Shown piece by piece: positions 52,421-63,886 of a stretch of 64,000 nucleotides of DNA. Location: the NCBI GenBank assembly GCA_964016885.1, contig OZ024743.1:193378001-193442000 (forward strand). Reading direction: 5' to 3'. The translations under genes and the position numbers were made by a program. The notes under the pieces were generated by a model. The model was not told the DNA's origin. It did not search any database and was given only the letters and a program-made list of their open reading frames with translations. Each line of letters begins with the position of its first letter. The first letter of the stretch is position 1. Source of the DNA: Eledone cirrhosa (Eukaryota).

Positions 52421-53164
52421 CTGTAGGTTTCGCTTTGTAAAATATTCCTGAATATTATCTTGCAGTGTAAAAAGTGGGTAAGACATTTCCAATCAGTGCA
52501 GGCATGGCTGTGTGGCTAAGGAGTTTGCTTCACAGCCAAGCAGTTTCAAGTTTGGTCCTACCACATGGCACTTTAGCAAAGTAATTTGGTAGATGGAAAC
52601 TGTGTGGAAGCCTGTCCTATACACACACACACACACAGAGACACACGTGACATCTTCAGTGATTATTGCTGTGTTTCCTCCCATTGTGATTCTATTTGTG
52701 AAACTGTTCTATTAATATTAAGGCTGTTTTCAAATGTGTCTATAGTTAAAATCACCATCATCATCGTTTTTATGTCTACTTTTTCCTGCTTGCATGGGTT
52801 GGATGGGTCCTTTTCAGCACAGCACCTGTACACTGGCTGTGTTTCTTTGTCATGTCCTCTGTGAGTCTCAGAGATTTGAGGTCAGCTCTCAAAACCTCTG
52901 CCAAGGTCTTTCTCAGTCTACCTCTACTGTGGCTTCGATCCACTGGCATTTCCTGGCACCTCTTTACTCATCAATTGTCATCCATGTGTATCACATATCT
53001 GTACCAATGCAGTCTTCTCCCTTGCACACACCCCCTTGAATTCTTCTGAAACCACGCTTCTCTGTTTGTTCATCCAAGCTCTGCCTTTCTCTCATATTTA
53101 CATTGTACATTCAATGAAGCATGATAAAATAAATAATTTCTAATACAAATAATTATCATTTCAG

Positions 53165-53282
53165 TTTGATCCATTAGTGATTGAAGCTAAACAAGCTAGA
53201 ACAGCTGTTTTAATGCTGGCCAGTTCTGAAACTGAAGTACAGGCACATGCTTGTGAATCCATATATAGATTTGTGGCTAAAA
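53165..53282 (+). CDS. ARMC3: ARMC3 coding exon 2 (FDPLVIEAKQARTAVLMLASSETEVQAHACESIYRFVAK)
   Basis: AG/GTAAGT boundaries; phase 0 to 1; resembles recalled FDPLMIESKKAATVVLML. Confidence 0.93.
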
Positions 53283-53653
53283 GTAAGTAGTTTATTTTTA
53301 TTTATTGTCGTAAGAAGCAAAGGGACCTACCTTTGCATCTCCATACATGTCCGGACTGAATTTTCCTGTGTGATGTTCACCTGTTATGTGTCTGGCCAGA
53401 GAACATAGCAAATCTCACACACTCATTCACACAAGTCATTACAAAGATGTCCTCCTTCACCACCACCATCACCACCACCATTCAATACCTATTTTACTTG
53501 CTTCCATTGGTTAGATAGATTGTCAGGTACTGAGGTTAGACCAGCCATACATCATCATCATCATCATCGTTTATACATAGAGAGTCCTCATGCCCACCTT
53601 CCAGCAGCTCCTCCTGTCAAAAGCAACCATCTCCCTTTATTTTATATTTTCAG

Positions 53654-53779
53654 ATGATGAGAACAAAAAAACCCTGTTAGATCTGAATGCCTGTGAACCA
53701 CTTTTGGAATTGATGAAAAATGAAGACAGAATTGTTCATAGAAATGCCCTCGTGGCGCTGTCTACCATGTGTGCACACC
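53654..53779 (+). CDS. ARMC3: ARMC3 coding exon 3 (DENKKTLLDLNACEPL...EDRIVHRNA)
   Basis: AG/GTGAGT; phase 1 to 1; ARM repeat. Confidence 0.93.
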
Positions 53780-54003
53780 GTGAGTTGATTTCTCTTCATC
53801 TTATTTCTCATATAACAATCCCTGCTAGCAAGGGTTGCTCACTCAGGTGTTCACAGGCCATGTCAGTACTCAAGCAGAGCTACTGAGCTCCCAGATGATT
53901 ATTTACATTCCCACACTCTACTTAGTGCTCAGGCAGGCCGGGTGTTGGGTGGGTGGATCTGTACCTTGCTTGTTTACATTTTTGCATTCTACTGTGTTAT
54001 AGG

Positions 54004-54305
54004 CAGGGCTGGAGTTAGACCTTGGTGTGCCTGAGACGCATCAGGTTTGGAGGCCCACTCATACACAAAAAATTAGAATACACAGCAAACCCTCCAAATT
54101 TACATACCTAAGTTAGCTTGGCACAAGTAATTGGAATTGAAAAGTTATGCATACAGGTATTATATTTCCAAAATTTCTAACCATCCTAAAACTAAAAAGC
54201 CCGGCTGAGGGCACAAATAAATTGCTACGACCATCACTGGTGAAGCCTCCACAGCAGGGAGTCCGGGGCAACTGCCTCCTTTGCCCGCCATTAAATCCAG
54301 CTTTG
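54004..54305. mobile_element. MITE-like element
   Basis: Imperfect TIRs cagggctggagtta / taaatccagctttg. Confidence 0.5.
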
Positions 54306-54637
54306 TATAATTTTGCTCATAATTTTATGTATACCTTTGCTCATAATTTTATGTAAGAAACTTTCTTAAGTTATGTTCCAAACACCATATAAATAATGAG
54401 AAAATTTGTTATATTACTAAATCTCTAAATTGTTGATTATTTTCAAAATAATTTGATAACTAAAGACAATGCCTTTCATTAGAAATATGGTAGTGAAAGG
54501 GTTAAACCCCTAAAAATATGATATATATGGCTGGAATTAATACATATACAAAAATATTTACATTGAAAATGCTGAAGATATGTACATGAATTTTTATATT
54601 TTTGTTTCAAATTTTAAAATATATTCTTTTTATACAG

Positions 54638-54709
54638 CTGAAGTTCGTAAAACATTAAGAAAGAGGAAAGATTGTATACCAACTTTTATTTCACTGCTTC
54701 ATTCTGATG
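54638..54709 (+). CDS. ARMC3: ARMC3 coding exon 4 (EVRKTLRKRKDCIPTFISLLHSD)
   Basis: CAG/GTAACA; phase 1 to 1. Confidence 0.88.
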
Positions 54710-54754
54710 GTAACATTACAGTTTTAATATCTTGTCATATATGGTGATATAATA

Positions 54755-54935
54755 ATTGTGTCTACTATTGGCACAAGGCCAGCAATTACCCCAGTACATT
54801 ACTGGTACTTTATTTTATCGACCCCATAAGGATGAAAGGCAAAGTGAACCTCGGCAGGATTTGAACTCACACCATAAAGGGGCGTAACTCTATGCTGCAA
54901 AGCATGGCGTCTGACCTTCTGCTGATACTGCCAAT
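54755..54935 (-). mobile_element. tRNA-derived SINE
   Basis: Family match. Confidence 0.88.
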
Positions 54936-55089
54936 CAATGATAATGAAAATTATTGTGTACAGTGCTCAGGTGCACTACAACTCATCAAAGGTACATGTA
55001 TAGTACATAGAATACTGTACAAATGTCAGGAAAGTGAACACTGTTGGAGTCATGATACACACATAGACACACATGCATTCATGTGTATG

Positions 55090-55380
55090 GAAGGGGGAAT
55101 ATCAGGTGTAGTGTTGCTGAATTTCAGGAAGTATGGAAATTTTGAAGGATGCAGTGTCCTGACAGCTAACAACTGATGCAGGTAGTTTGTTCCATGCTTC
55201 AGCAACTCTGAGCAGGAAACAATGTTTACAAAAGTCATGGGAGCTGTGCTGTTTTCTGATTTTGTAAGCATGTCCATGGGTGTAGACATATGGAATTCAA
55301 AAAGGTGCTCAGGGTTGTTGTTGGAAAGATGGTTAATAATCTTTTGGGTATTTACCAAGTCAGTTGCCAGACGCCAGAGC
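55090..55380 (-). mobile_element. CR1-like LINE 3' fragment
   Basis: HCFLLRVAEAWNKLPASVV..ASFK C-terminal motif. Confidence 0.65.
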
Positions 55381-55381
55381 T

Positions 55382-55610
55382 TTAACCTTTTAGCATTTCC
55401 ATTGCTCTATATTTACTATTGTATTTTCACAGTAAACATTTTAACTCTCATAATTATCTCACATAGTATCAAATTTATGAGATTTTGATATTATTTATTT
55501 AGAGAACGATACCTTAACGTTGGTATGAATGGACGGTGACAGCCGGTTTGAACAGAACGACATGAGAGAATTATGGCTGGATACAGCTGGTTTAAATGCT
55601 AAAGGGTTAA
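55382..55610. mobile_element. TTAA-bounded piggyBac-type MITE
   Basis: TTAAccttttagcattt ... aaatgctaaagggTTAA. Confidence 0.7.
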
Positions 55611-55899
55611 CAGAAAGTACCAAGTTTGTTGAAAATATAATAGATAAAATATATAAATATAGTAAACAATAGTTGAGAGATGGGGAGAGTGGGAGAGACG
55701 GAGGCAGTGACAATGGGAGTTTGGTCCCTTTGTGTTCGGACCTGGTGTATATATCTCATGGATACACACACTCACACCGAGGCAATCTTTTCATGGTATT
55801 TCATAATTGTAATTTCATTTCATGGTCAACAAATGACTGAAGCATATATATATGAATGAATGTCATTTATATGTTTATAATGCCATACATTTGTCTAGT

Positions 55900-56260
55900 T
55901 CTCCATCATAACTGGGGCCTGCCAGACTTGACTGTGGTGATGGCAAATGCCTAGACAAGTGTTGTTTGAGGGACGTAAATCTTTAATCTGGGATGCCATG
56001 TGTTGTGACATATTCTCTGCCACAAACCTGTGCACTGCCGCCTGTAATACAGAGGAGTGGAAGATATCCTAAATGCTGAAACTTGATCGACCACTTCCTT
56101 TTTATGTCAGTTGTCATTGAGACCTCTGGTGTTTTGATGTTCTCAGTCACTGAACTGCTATTTTGCTCTGCAAAATTGCGAGGAGTTCATCCTACCCAAG
56201 AAAGGGGCCCCATGGAGTGGAGTGGCTGATGCAGTGGGTATTGCTGGCTGTTTGCTGTAG
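55900..56260 (+). mobile_element. Degenerate CRE-like RLE fragment
   Basis: WDAMCCD and VIETSGVL motifs. Confidence 0.55.
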
Positions 56261-56337
56261 GATGTAGATGAGATATGCTACCCAAACTGGAGTATAGAGT
56301 CTACTCCTTCCTGCCTTTTCCTTTTCCTTTCATAATT

Positions 56338-56555
56338 TTCTTCTTCTTCTTTTCTTCTTCTTCTTCTTCTTCTTCTTCTTCTTCTTCTTCTTCTTCTTCT
56401 TCTTCTTCTTCTTCTTCTTCTTCTTCTTCTTCTTCTTCTTCTTCTTCTTCTTCTTCTTCTTCTTCTTCTTCTTCCTCCTCCTCCTCCTCCTCATCCTCCT
56501 CCTCCTCCTCCTCCTCCTCCTCCTCCTCCTCCTCCCCTCCCCCTCCTCCTCCTTC
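56338..56555. repeat. (TTC)n then (TCC)n microsatellite
   Basis: Directly visible; forms the tail of the adjacent RTE fragment. Confidence 0.95.
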
Positions 56556-56829
56556 CTGGGAGGGTCGTGGAAGCAGAGTCCTCAAACACCCCTTCCAAAG
56601 GCAACCATCTTCAACTGATTCAGCGCTGGATCCCCAAGCGAGACCAGCCAAGCTTGTGGATTGTTATCCAACTATGATGCTCGGGGTCTAGTCCTGGGCC
56701 CCCTGCCGGTTGGTTTTGCCCATAAAATTTGTCCAGTGATTTTTTCTTGAAATAGGTGTATACCAATTATTAAAATAAATTTTATGCAATCAAACAAAAT
56801 ACCTATTTCTATCATCTTTTCATATACAG

Positions 56830-57005
56830 ATGAAACAATTGTATTAGAATTTGCATGTATGGGTTTGAATTATTTGTCAACTGAATTTGTGAGCAAAGCA
56901 GAAATATTTAATTCTCAAGCCCTTGAACCGTTAATACGTTGTCTTAACCACAGCGATCCTGATGTACAGAAGAACTCTATTGAAGCTTTATCTCAGTTAG
57001 TGCTG
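56830..57005 (+). CDS. ARMC3: ARMC3 coding exon 5 (ETIVLEFAC...LEPLIRCLNHSDPDVQKNSIE)
   Basis: CAG/GTAAGT; phase 1 to 0. Confidence 0.94.
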
Positions 57006-57697
57006 GTAAGTAATACATTATGTATGAAATCCTATAGATCTAATATATAGTTTTATCACAGTGGATGTGAATCCTTACTTCGATTATATTCATTACTATT
57101 ATTTTCTCCTAGCCTTTATAATTAATTAATTGATTGTTTAATTGTTTGTTTGAAAACCTAACTGAGAGCTTACTTCAAGGCTGTGAATAAATCCTTTGTT
57201 CACACTTTTGAATGTACCTACCAAAATCCAGGAAATGACCTTCTTCTTTTTGAGAAAGGACACTTGTCCTCACTGCCAAATTTACTACTACAGTTGAATG
57301 GTAGTGTTGTCTCAGGACATGATGAAAGTGAATACTTGCAACGAAAGACCTGTTGACATTCCATTTTAGGATACATTACTGACATTATGGAACTTGGAGT
57401 GTAACTTCCAGATTAACAGAAGCCTATTGAAGATATTTATCGATTAATATCTATTGATCTGGTCCAGGTTCGCCTTTAACCTGTCTGTATTTTTCATTGT
57501 TGTAGGATTAATGTGGTAACATGCCTCTGGTCGCATTATTCATTGTGTCACTATTACCTAACTTATTGTGTTCACTCGGAGGAGAAATTTATTAATTGCT
57601 CTATCATTGAGTGCTTTGTGACAGTCTTTGAAAATTGGATGCGAATCTGTTAATTTCAGCTGCAGCTTTGATTATACTCATTACTATTATATATATA

Positions 57698-57890
57698 GGG
57701 GCGGTGGATTGGCAGTATCGGTAGAGGGTCGGACGCCATGCTTTGCAGCAAAGAGTTACTGCCCTTTATGGTCTGAGTTCAAATCCCGCCGAGGTTAACT
57801 TTGCCTTGCATCCTTACGGGGTCGATAAAATAAAGTACCAGTAATACACTGGGATAATTGCTGGCCTTGTGCCAAAAGTAGAAACAATTA
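57698..57890 (+). mobile_element. Full-length tRNA-derived SINE (reference copy of the main family)
   Basis: A box tggcagtatcggt, B box gagttcaaatcc, core gccttgcatccttacggggtcgataaaataaagtaccag (resembles the Meta/MESC domain as recalled). Confidence 0.9.
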
Positions 57891-58039
57891 TATATATATA
57901 TATATATGGCATTATGTAGTAATACAGAAACCTGCCTTCCAATGGGCACAGGCTGAAGTTGAAGCATACATATATATAGTATGCACCACTCTTCCCTACA
58001 TCTCCCATGGGGTCAGGCTGAAGCATGCATCTAGTGAAG

Positions 58040-58445
58040 CCTCCAGCCCACACTATAAAGTGATTGTGATGGTGACACAGCAAAAAGCATCCAGCCCACA
58101 CTGTAAAGTGGTCATGTAGGTGTCATGACAAAAAGCACCCAGTCCACACGTTAAAGTGGTTGCGTAGGTGTCATGACAAAAAGCATCCAGCCCACACTGT
58201 AAAGTGGTCATGTAGGTGTCATGACAAAAAGCACCCAGTCCACACGTTAAAGTGGTTGCGTAGGTGTCATGACAAAAAGCAACCAGCCCACACTGTAAAG
58301 TGGTCATGCAGGTGTCATGACGAAAAGCATCCAGTCCACACGTTAAAGTGGTTGCGTAGGTGTCATGACAAAAAGCAACCAGCCCACACTGTGAAGTGGT
58401 TGTGTAGGTATCACAACAAAAAGCACCCAGTACTCACTGTAAATG
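58040..58445. repeat. 48-bp tandem repeat with alternating variants inside an RTE 3' UTR copy
   Basis: 16-aa period KKHPAHTVKWSCRCHD / KKHPVHTLKWLRRCHD; RTE tail at 58445-58600. Confidence 0.9.
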
Positions 58446-58911
58446 TAGTTGGGGTTAGGAAAGGCATCCAGCTGTAAAAACCAAGCCAAAATCAGTTCTG
58501 TATGAGCGAGACATGGTAACCTAACCTGGCATTGCTCACAACAGGACAACTCGTCTAATGCTAGTGTGGGAAAATGATGATGGTGATGATTATGATATTC
58601 GGTGATAATGATGATGATGATGATATTCGATAATGTTGGTGAAGATGATTATGATGATGGTTATGATGATGGTGATGAGATAATGAAGTTGTATGGCAAT
58701 ACACTAAATGTTAAGATGCTGTACACATGCCTCACAAAGAGTTGGTGCCTGGCAGGGACACTTGGCTGTAAAACATTGCCTTAAAACATCCCAGCCAACC
58801 CATACCAACTTGGAAAATTCAACATAAAAACAATGACAATGATTCTTTGCTTCCTAGAATTCTATTTTGTAATATTTACTGATTTCTTTGTAAGTTTCTT
58901 TAAATCTTCTT

Positions 58912-59233
58912 GTATAATAGTTAATAATTTGAAATATTACTTTAGCTCTATAATAGTTAATCATTTTAAATATTACTTTAACTCTATAATAGTTAATAAT
59001 TTGAAATATTACTTTAACTCTATAATAGTTAATAATTTGAAATATTACTTTAACTCTATAATAGTTAATAATTTGAAATATTACTTTAACTCTATAATAG
59101 TTAATAATTTGAAATATTACTTTAACTCTATAATAGTTAATAATTTGAAATATTACTTTAACTCTATAATAGTTAATAATTTTAAATATTTCTTTAGCTC
59201 TATAATAGTTAATAATTTGAAATATTACTTTAT
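58912..59233. repeat. 36-bp AT-rich tandem repeat, ~9 copies
   Basis: Unit ctctataatagttaataatttgaaatattactttaa. Confidence 0.95.
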
Positions 59234-59235
59234 AG

Positions 59236-59362
59236 AACTACCAATGTCAACGGGCAATGAAAGACTTGAATGGAATTCCTGCAGTTCTTGAACATTTGAA
59301 ATCAGAATATGCTGTAATTCAGAGACTAGCTCTGCTGGTTTTAGAGAGATGTTCTCATGATG
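59236..59362 (+). CDS. ARMC3: ARMC3 coding exon 6 (NYQCQRAMKDLNGIPAVLEHLKSEYAVIQRLAL)
   Basis: TAG/GTGAGT; phase 0 to 1; resembles recalled LKSEYPVIQLLAL. Confidence 0.92.
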
Positions 59363-59444
59363 GTGAGTCATATTTTATTTTCAAATCTGAACTTTTTTAT
59401 TCAGAAATCTGAAAAAAAACCATTTACATGGGATTGTCTGGTTA

Positions 59445-59640
59445 CTTCACACCAGATGCCATCGAGACCTCAGGTGTCCTCCGACCCTGTACTACCAAGC
59501 TCCTCTACAAGATCGGAACATCAGCAGCCCATCTGAGGAAGGAGCCCCATGAGGTGGGGTCGCTATTGCAGCAGGTGTCACTGGCCATTGTTTGCAGAAA
59601 TGCTTTTGCGGTCTTGTCTGCGAGGAGCAGCTCCAACACC
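59445..59640 (+). mobile_element. CRE-like RLE C-terminal fragment
   Basis: AIETSGVLRP...LLQQVSLAIVCRNAFAVL. Confidence 0.7.
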
Positions 59641-60048
59641 ACCACGCCTTAGGCCCAGAGCCCATTACTCTCCTTGCTTTTCTTTCTTCTGTGGCCCTAT
59701 AGTCCTTGCTTTTCCTCTCATTTATAGCTTTCATAGTCCTTTCCTTTACTTTCCCATACAGTCAGATCTGCCCTTCCTTACCTCTTCCCCTTTTCCTCAT
59801 TAATTAATTTTGCTTTTATCTTTCTTTCTCATATTCTTAGAAATAAACATAAATTTGAGACACTGGTTGTTAACATTGGCTAAGTAACAATATTATATAC
59901 TTTGGTAATACTGGGTTCTTCTGTGGCCTTAGAGCCATGCTTTTCCTTTCCTTTTCCATTGGTGGCGTTTCTCTAATTATTTTATAGTCATCCATTCATG
60001 TAGTTACTCATTTTTTAAATTTTGCATATTTTCTTATTTAATTTTCAG

Positions 60049-60188
60049 TTGAAAATCGTATTGTTTTGAGAGAATTAGATGTTGTGAATAAGATGATAAG
60101 TTTGATTGGTAACCCTGATTGGCCAGATCTTCATATTATGGCTGTGATGGTGTTGTCAAATATGATGGAAGATGTGGAGACTGTTGAA
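60049..60188 (+). CDS. ARMC3: ARMC3 coding exon 7 (ENRIVLRELD...DLHIMAVMVLSNMMED)
   Basis: CAG/GTGAGT; phase 1 to 0. Confidence 0.92.
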
Positions 60189-60247
60189 GTGAGTCATAGC
60201 AAATGTATTTCAGTATTTCAGTATTTTAAGTCTTTGTTAGTGACTAC

Positions 60248-60248
60248 A

Positions 60249-60301
<53 letters not shown>

Positions 60302-60565
60302 TATCACTGTCGTTGTTGTTGAAATTGTCATCATCATTATCATCACCATCACCATCATCATCATCATCATCACCACCAACATCATCACCACCATCATCAC
60401 CACCATCATCACCACCATTATCATTACCATCGCCATCATCATCGCCATCATCATTATCACTGCCATCATCATCATCATCATCAACGCCATCAACATCATT
60501 AATTTTATCATCACCACCAACACCATCATCATCATCACCACTGCCACCACTACCACCACCACCAC
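60248..60565. repeat. (CAT/CAC)n microsatellite
   Basis: Directly visible. Confidence 0.95.
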
Positions 60566-60844
60566 TTATATCATATAAGACCATCAATTGCTGTTACATG
60601 AACAAATCTTCACCAATCCAATGTAATAACAGCTGATCCTGTAGAGAGACCTTTATGTCAGAGCCTTGTCAAATGGAGATTCAGTCCACATGGTATCAAG
60701 GTATGATATGCATATACATGTAATTTAGACTGTCAATTGATTTAACTTGAAGTCAAATAAATTCAGAACACTCCATTGCTTTCCATGAACTAAAGCAAAT
60801 GTTATCTATAAACCTACATTTGACCTACTCACTAGACCCAAAGT

Positions 60845-61125
60845 GGGGGCATGTGGCCTAGTGGTAAGGGTGTTGGACTTACAATCATGATGTCGTGGGT
60901 TTGATTCCTGGGCTGGGTTGCATGCTGTGTTCTAGAGCAAAACACTTCATTTTATCTTGCTCCAGTATACTCAGCTGAAAATGAGTACCAGCAATAGCTG
61001 GAGGTTTAACCTTGTGATGGACTGGCGTCCTGTCCAGGGGGAAGTCTTGTACTCTCAGTCGCTTCACACCATGAAACTGGGATGAACACCAGCTTAACTA
61101 GCCTTCTGGCTTAAAACAGACTTTA
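60845..61125 (+). mobile_element. tRNA-derived SINE with CORE-like segment
   Basis: tggcctagtggtaag A box, ggtttgattcc B box, tgtgatggactggcgtcctgtccaggg segment; - strand sister at ~24985-25190. Confidence 0.8.
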
Positions 61126-61534
61126 AACTCACCAGACCCATACAACAAAAGGAAAAGTAAAAATCACACCTCGTTCAAAACCATATCCTAACTGTCTCTG
61201 CAAAACAACAACCAACCTGCACCAATTACTGGTATGGGGATAGCAAACATAACCTGGCTACAGCAGTTGTATTACATATCATCATCATCACCATTAAATG
61301 TCCATTTAAAATACATAGTTTATCAGAGATCAAACTTGGTTGAAATATGCCAAGAAAATTTAAAGCTCAATGTGTTTCTATAAATCTGCAGATAGAATGA
61401 GAGGTCAAGAAAATTTAAAGCTCAATGTGTTTCTACAAACCCAAGAATAGAATGAACCAATTTATCCAAGGTGTAATCCACAGGGTGAATTAATCCAAAA
61501 TATTGTATGAGTGTAAGATTACAGAGCATAAATA

Positions 61535-61887
61535 ATGGTTTCTGCTTTAGACACAAGGTCAGCAATTTTGGTGGAGGGGAAAGTCGATTAAATTGACCCC
61601 AGTGCATGAATAGTACTTTATTTTATCGATCCTGTAAGGATGAAAGGCAAAGCTAACGTCGGCGGGATTTGATCACAGAACATAAAGGGCCATAACAGCA
61701 TAAATAATTGTTTCTACTTTAGGCACAAGGCCAGCAATTACCCAGTGCATTACTGGTACTTTATTTTATCGACCCCGTAAGGATGAAAGGCGAAGTCAAC
61801 CTCGGCGGGATTTGAACTCAGATCGTAAAGGGACGTAACTATGCTGGAAAGCATGGCGTCCGACCCTCTACAGATACTGCCAATCCA
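61535..61887 (-). mobile_element. Two adjacent SINE copies
   Basis: Family core occurs twice (61535-61695, 61706-61887). Confidence 0.85.
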
Positions 61888-61976
61888 TAAATAATAATAA
61901 ATAATAATCCAACCATCGGTTCAGGCTGAATTCATAACATTTTAATAATTTTTTGTAATTTCATTTTACTTTTCAG

Positions 61977-62106
61977 ACATTCAAAGAAGGTCCTGGGCTA
62001 AGAAAACTTATTGCTTTAATTGTAGACCAAGTACCCCCTGAAGAAGAACAGCAACCCAAAAAAGGGGATAAAAAGTCCTCCAAATCAGGAAAAAAAGGGA
62101 AAGAAG
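61977..62106 (+). CDS. ARMC3: ARMC3 coding exon 8 (TFKEGPGLRKLIAL...KKGKE)
   Basis: CAG/GTGAGA; phase 0 to 1. Confidence 0.88.
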
Positions 62107-62717
62107 GTGAGAATTTTGACTGTTTTCTTTATAAAGTTATTCTCCATTTTATTTTCAACTCTAGATTGGAGTCAGTCAGTCAGTGTATGTTAATATATTT
62201 ATAAGAGTGTGTTAAAGTTTGCTTGAAGCATTGCGAAATATGAAAAGTAGTCGTTTTGGAAGCCTCAACAATGCAGATGGGTAAATCTCCGGGTAACAAA
62301 ATCAGGTGGTAGTGAGATGAGAGAGAAAAGTAGGAAGAAGCGTAGATAGAGACATAGAGAGTGTTAATATATTTAATTCTTTATGCCAAGAACTCTCAGA
62401 CCAGGATTTAGAGAGAAACATAAAGTCAACAGATGTGGTCAGTGTATTTTAATATATTTAGTTCTTTATGCCAAGAAGGTGTTTTCCCAGAGGATGGTGA
62501 GGGAGACACATATCTCAAGTTTATGTTTATTTGTTGGATTGTTAACAGCTAAATCTGGGGTTGGCAACAAATAAATAAATAAAAGCTTAATTTCTTAATT
62601 TTATTTGCTTATTGGTTTAGTGTGGAGGAAGGGATTCTGCTTGATAGCTCCTTAAGGGGTGTTGAGATTGATATATTTCCTTTTCCTCTTGAATAGTTTT
62701 AAGTGGATGGCTGATAG

Positions 62718-62751
<34 letters not shown>

Positions 62752-62842
62752 CTCCAGGGGAGCAGCATTCTGGGAAGGAAGACTGGATTTAGTTTTAATT
62801 GTTATATCTTTACAAAGTTTTCATATTTGATATTCTATGTAG

Positions 62843-62956
62843 CAAAATCTGTGAAGGAAGATGAAGCTGCAAGTCCAGCTATTGATACTTTTTTTCCACT
62901 TCTACCTGATGTAAAGTATGCTGCTGCCAAGGCTGTTGGCCGTGCTGCTAGAAATG
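62843..62956 (+). CDS. ARMC3: ARMC3 coding exon 9 (..LPDVKYAAAKAVGRAARN); gene continues beyond the window
   Basis: TAG/GTAAAT; phase 1 to 1; resembles recalled IPDIQKNAAKAI. Confidence 0.87.
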
Positions 62957-63037
62957 GTAAATTCCTCTTCATTTATTTATTTACATGAATTTAAGAATTA
63001 TCTTTTGAAAAGATTTAGATTATATTTTAGTTAGAAA

Positions 63038-63158
63038 CATCATCACCGTCACCATCATTGCTGCCACTATCAACACCACCACCACTGCCAACAAGCAGCA
63101 GCAGCAACAACAGCAACAACAGCAGCAACAGCAACAACAGCAGCAACAACAGCAACAT

Positions 63159-63191
<33 letters not shown>

Positions 63192-63221
63192 CAGCAACAT
63201 CAGCAGCAACAACAGCAACAT

Positions 63222-63253
<32 letters not shown>

Positions 63254-63254
63254 A

Positions 63255-63289
<35 letters not shown>

Positions 63290-63300
63290 ACAGCAGCAGA
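63038..63300. repeat. (CAG/CAA)n microsatellite
   Basis: Directly visible; intronic. Confidence 0.95.
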
Positions 63301-63667
63301 ATTTTCAAGATTGGTGGGACGAAGATATCCTCAAATTGGAGAACTGGTCTGAATGCTTGTGAGAGAGAGAGGACTCTGCTAAAGGCACTTGGTAGATGGT
63401 AGGCAGATGGTAGGCACCTTAGTGCTGAATGATAGATTTAAGTCTACCCTCTAACTATTTCCAGCATAAGGAGAGAGAGAGCGAGAGAGAGATAGAGAGG
63501 GTGAGAGAGAGGGAGACAGAAAGAGAGAGAAAGAGATATCCACTGATCAAGTGTCAAACTAACTGGAATAATTGGAAACTAAAAACAAAATTAGAATTTT
63601 GTGTTTCGCTCTAACATAGCGGATATATAAATGTATTTGTGAGATTTATATTGAATAATAATAATAT

Positions 63668-63886
63668 TTGATTCGTTTGCAAGCAAACAGCCTCATTACT
63701 CTATGTGTTTTAGACAACCATCGTCATCCCTTTGTTCTAGCAGTGACAGAGAGAAACAATCGACAATGTTGTTTCTGGGTTATTGCTCTTTGTTGATTGT
63801 TTCTCTGTATCACTGTTAGAACATAAGGATGGCGATGGTCATCTAAAAAACAACGTAATGTGGCTGTTTGCTTGCAAACGAATCAA
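63668..63886. repeat. Fold-back element with ~90-bp arms
   Basis: ttgattcgtttgcaagcaaacagcc ... ggctgtttgcttgcaaacgaatcaa. Confidence 0.88.

Noticed and set aside
57698-57790. tRNA gene
   Set aside because: A/B boxes belong to SINE heads; no cloverleaf; followed by SINE core
63027-63402. Poly-L/S/Q ORFs (also 56275-56691 and 60218-60636)
   Set aside because: Intronic microsatellite translations
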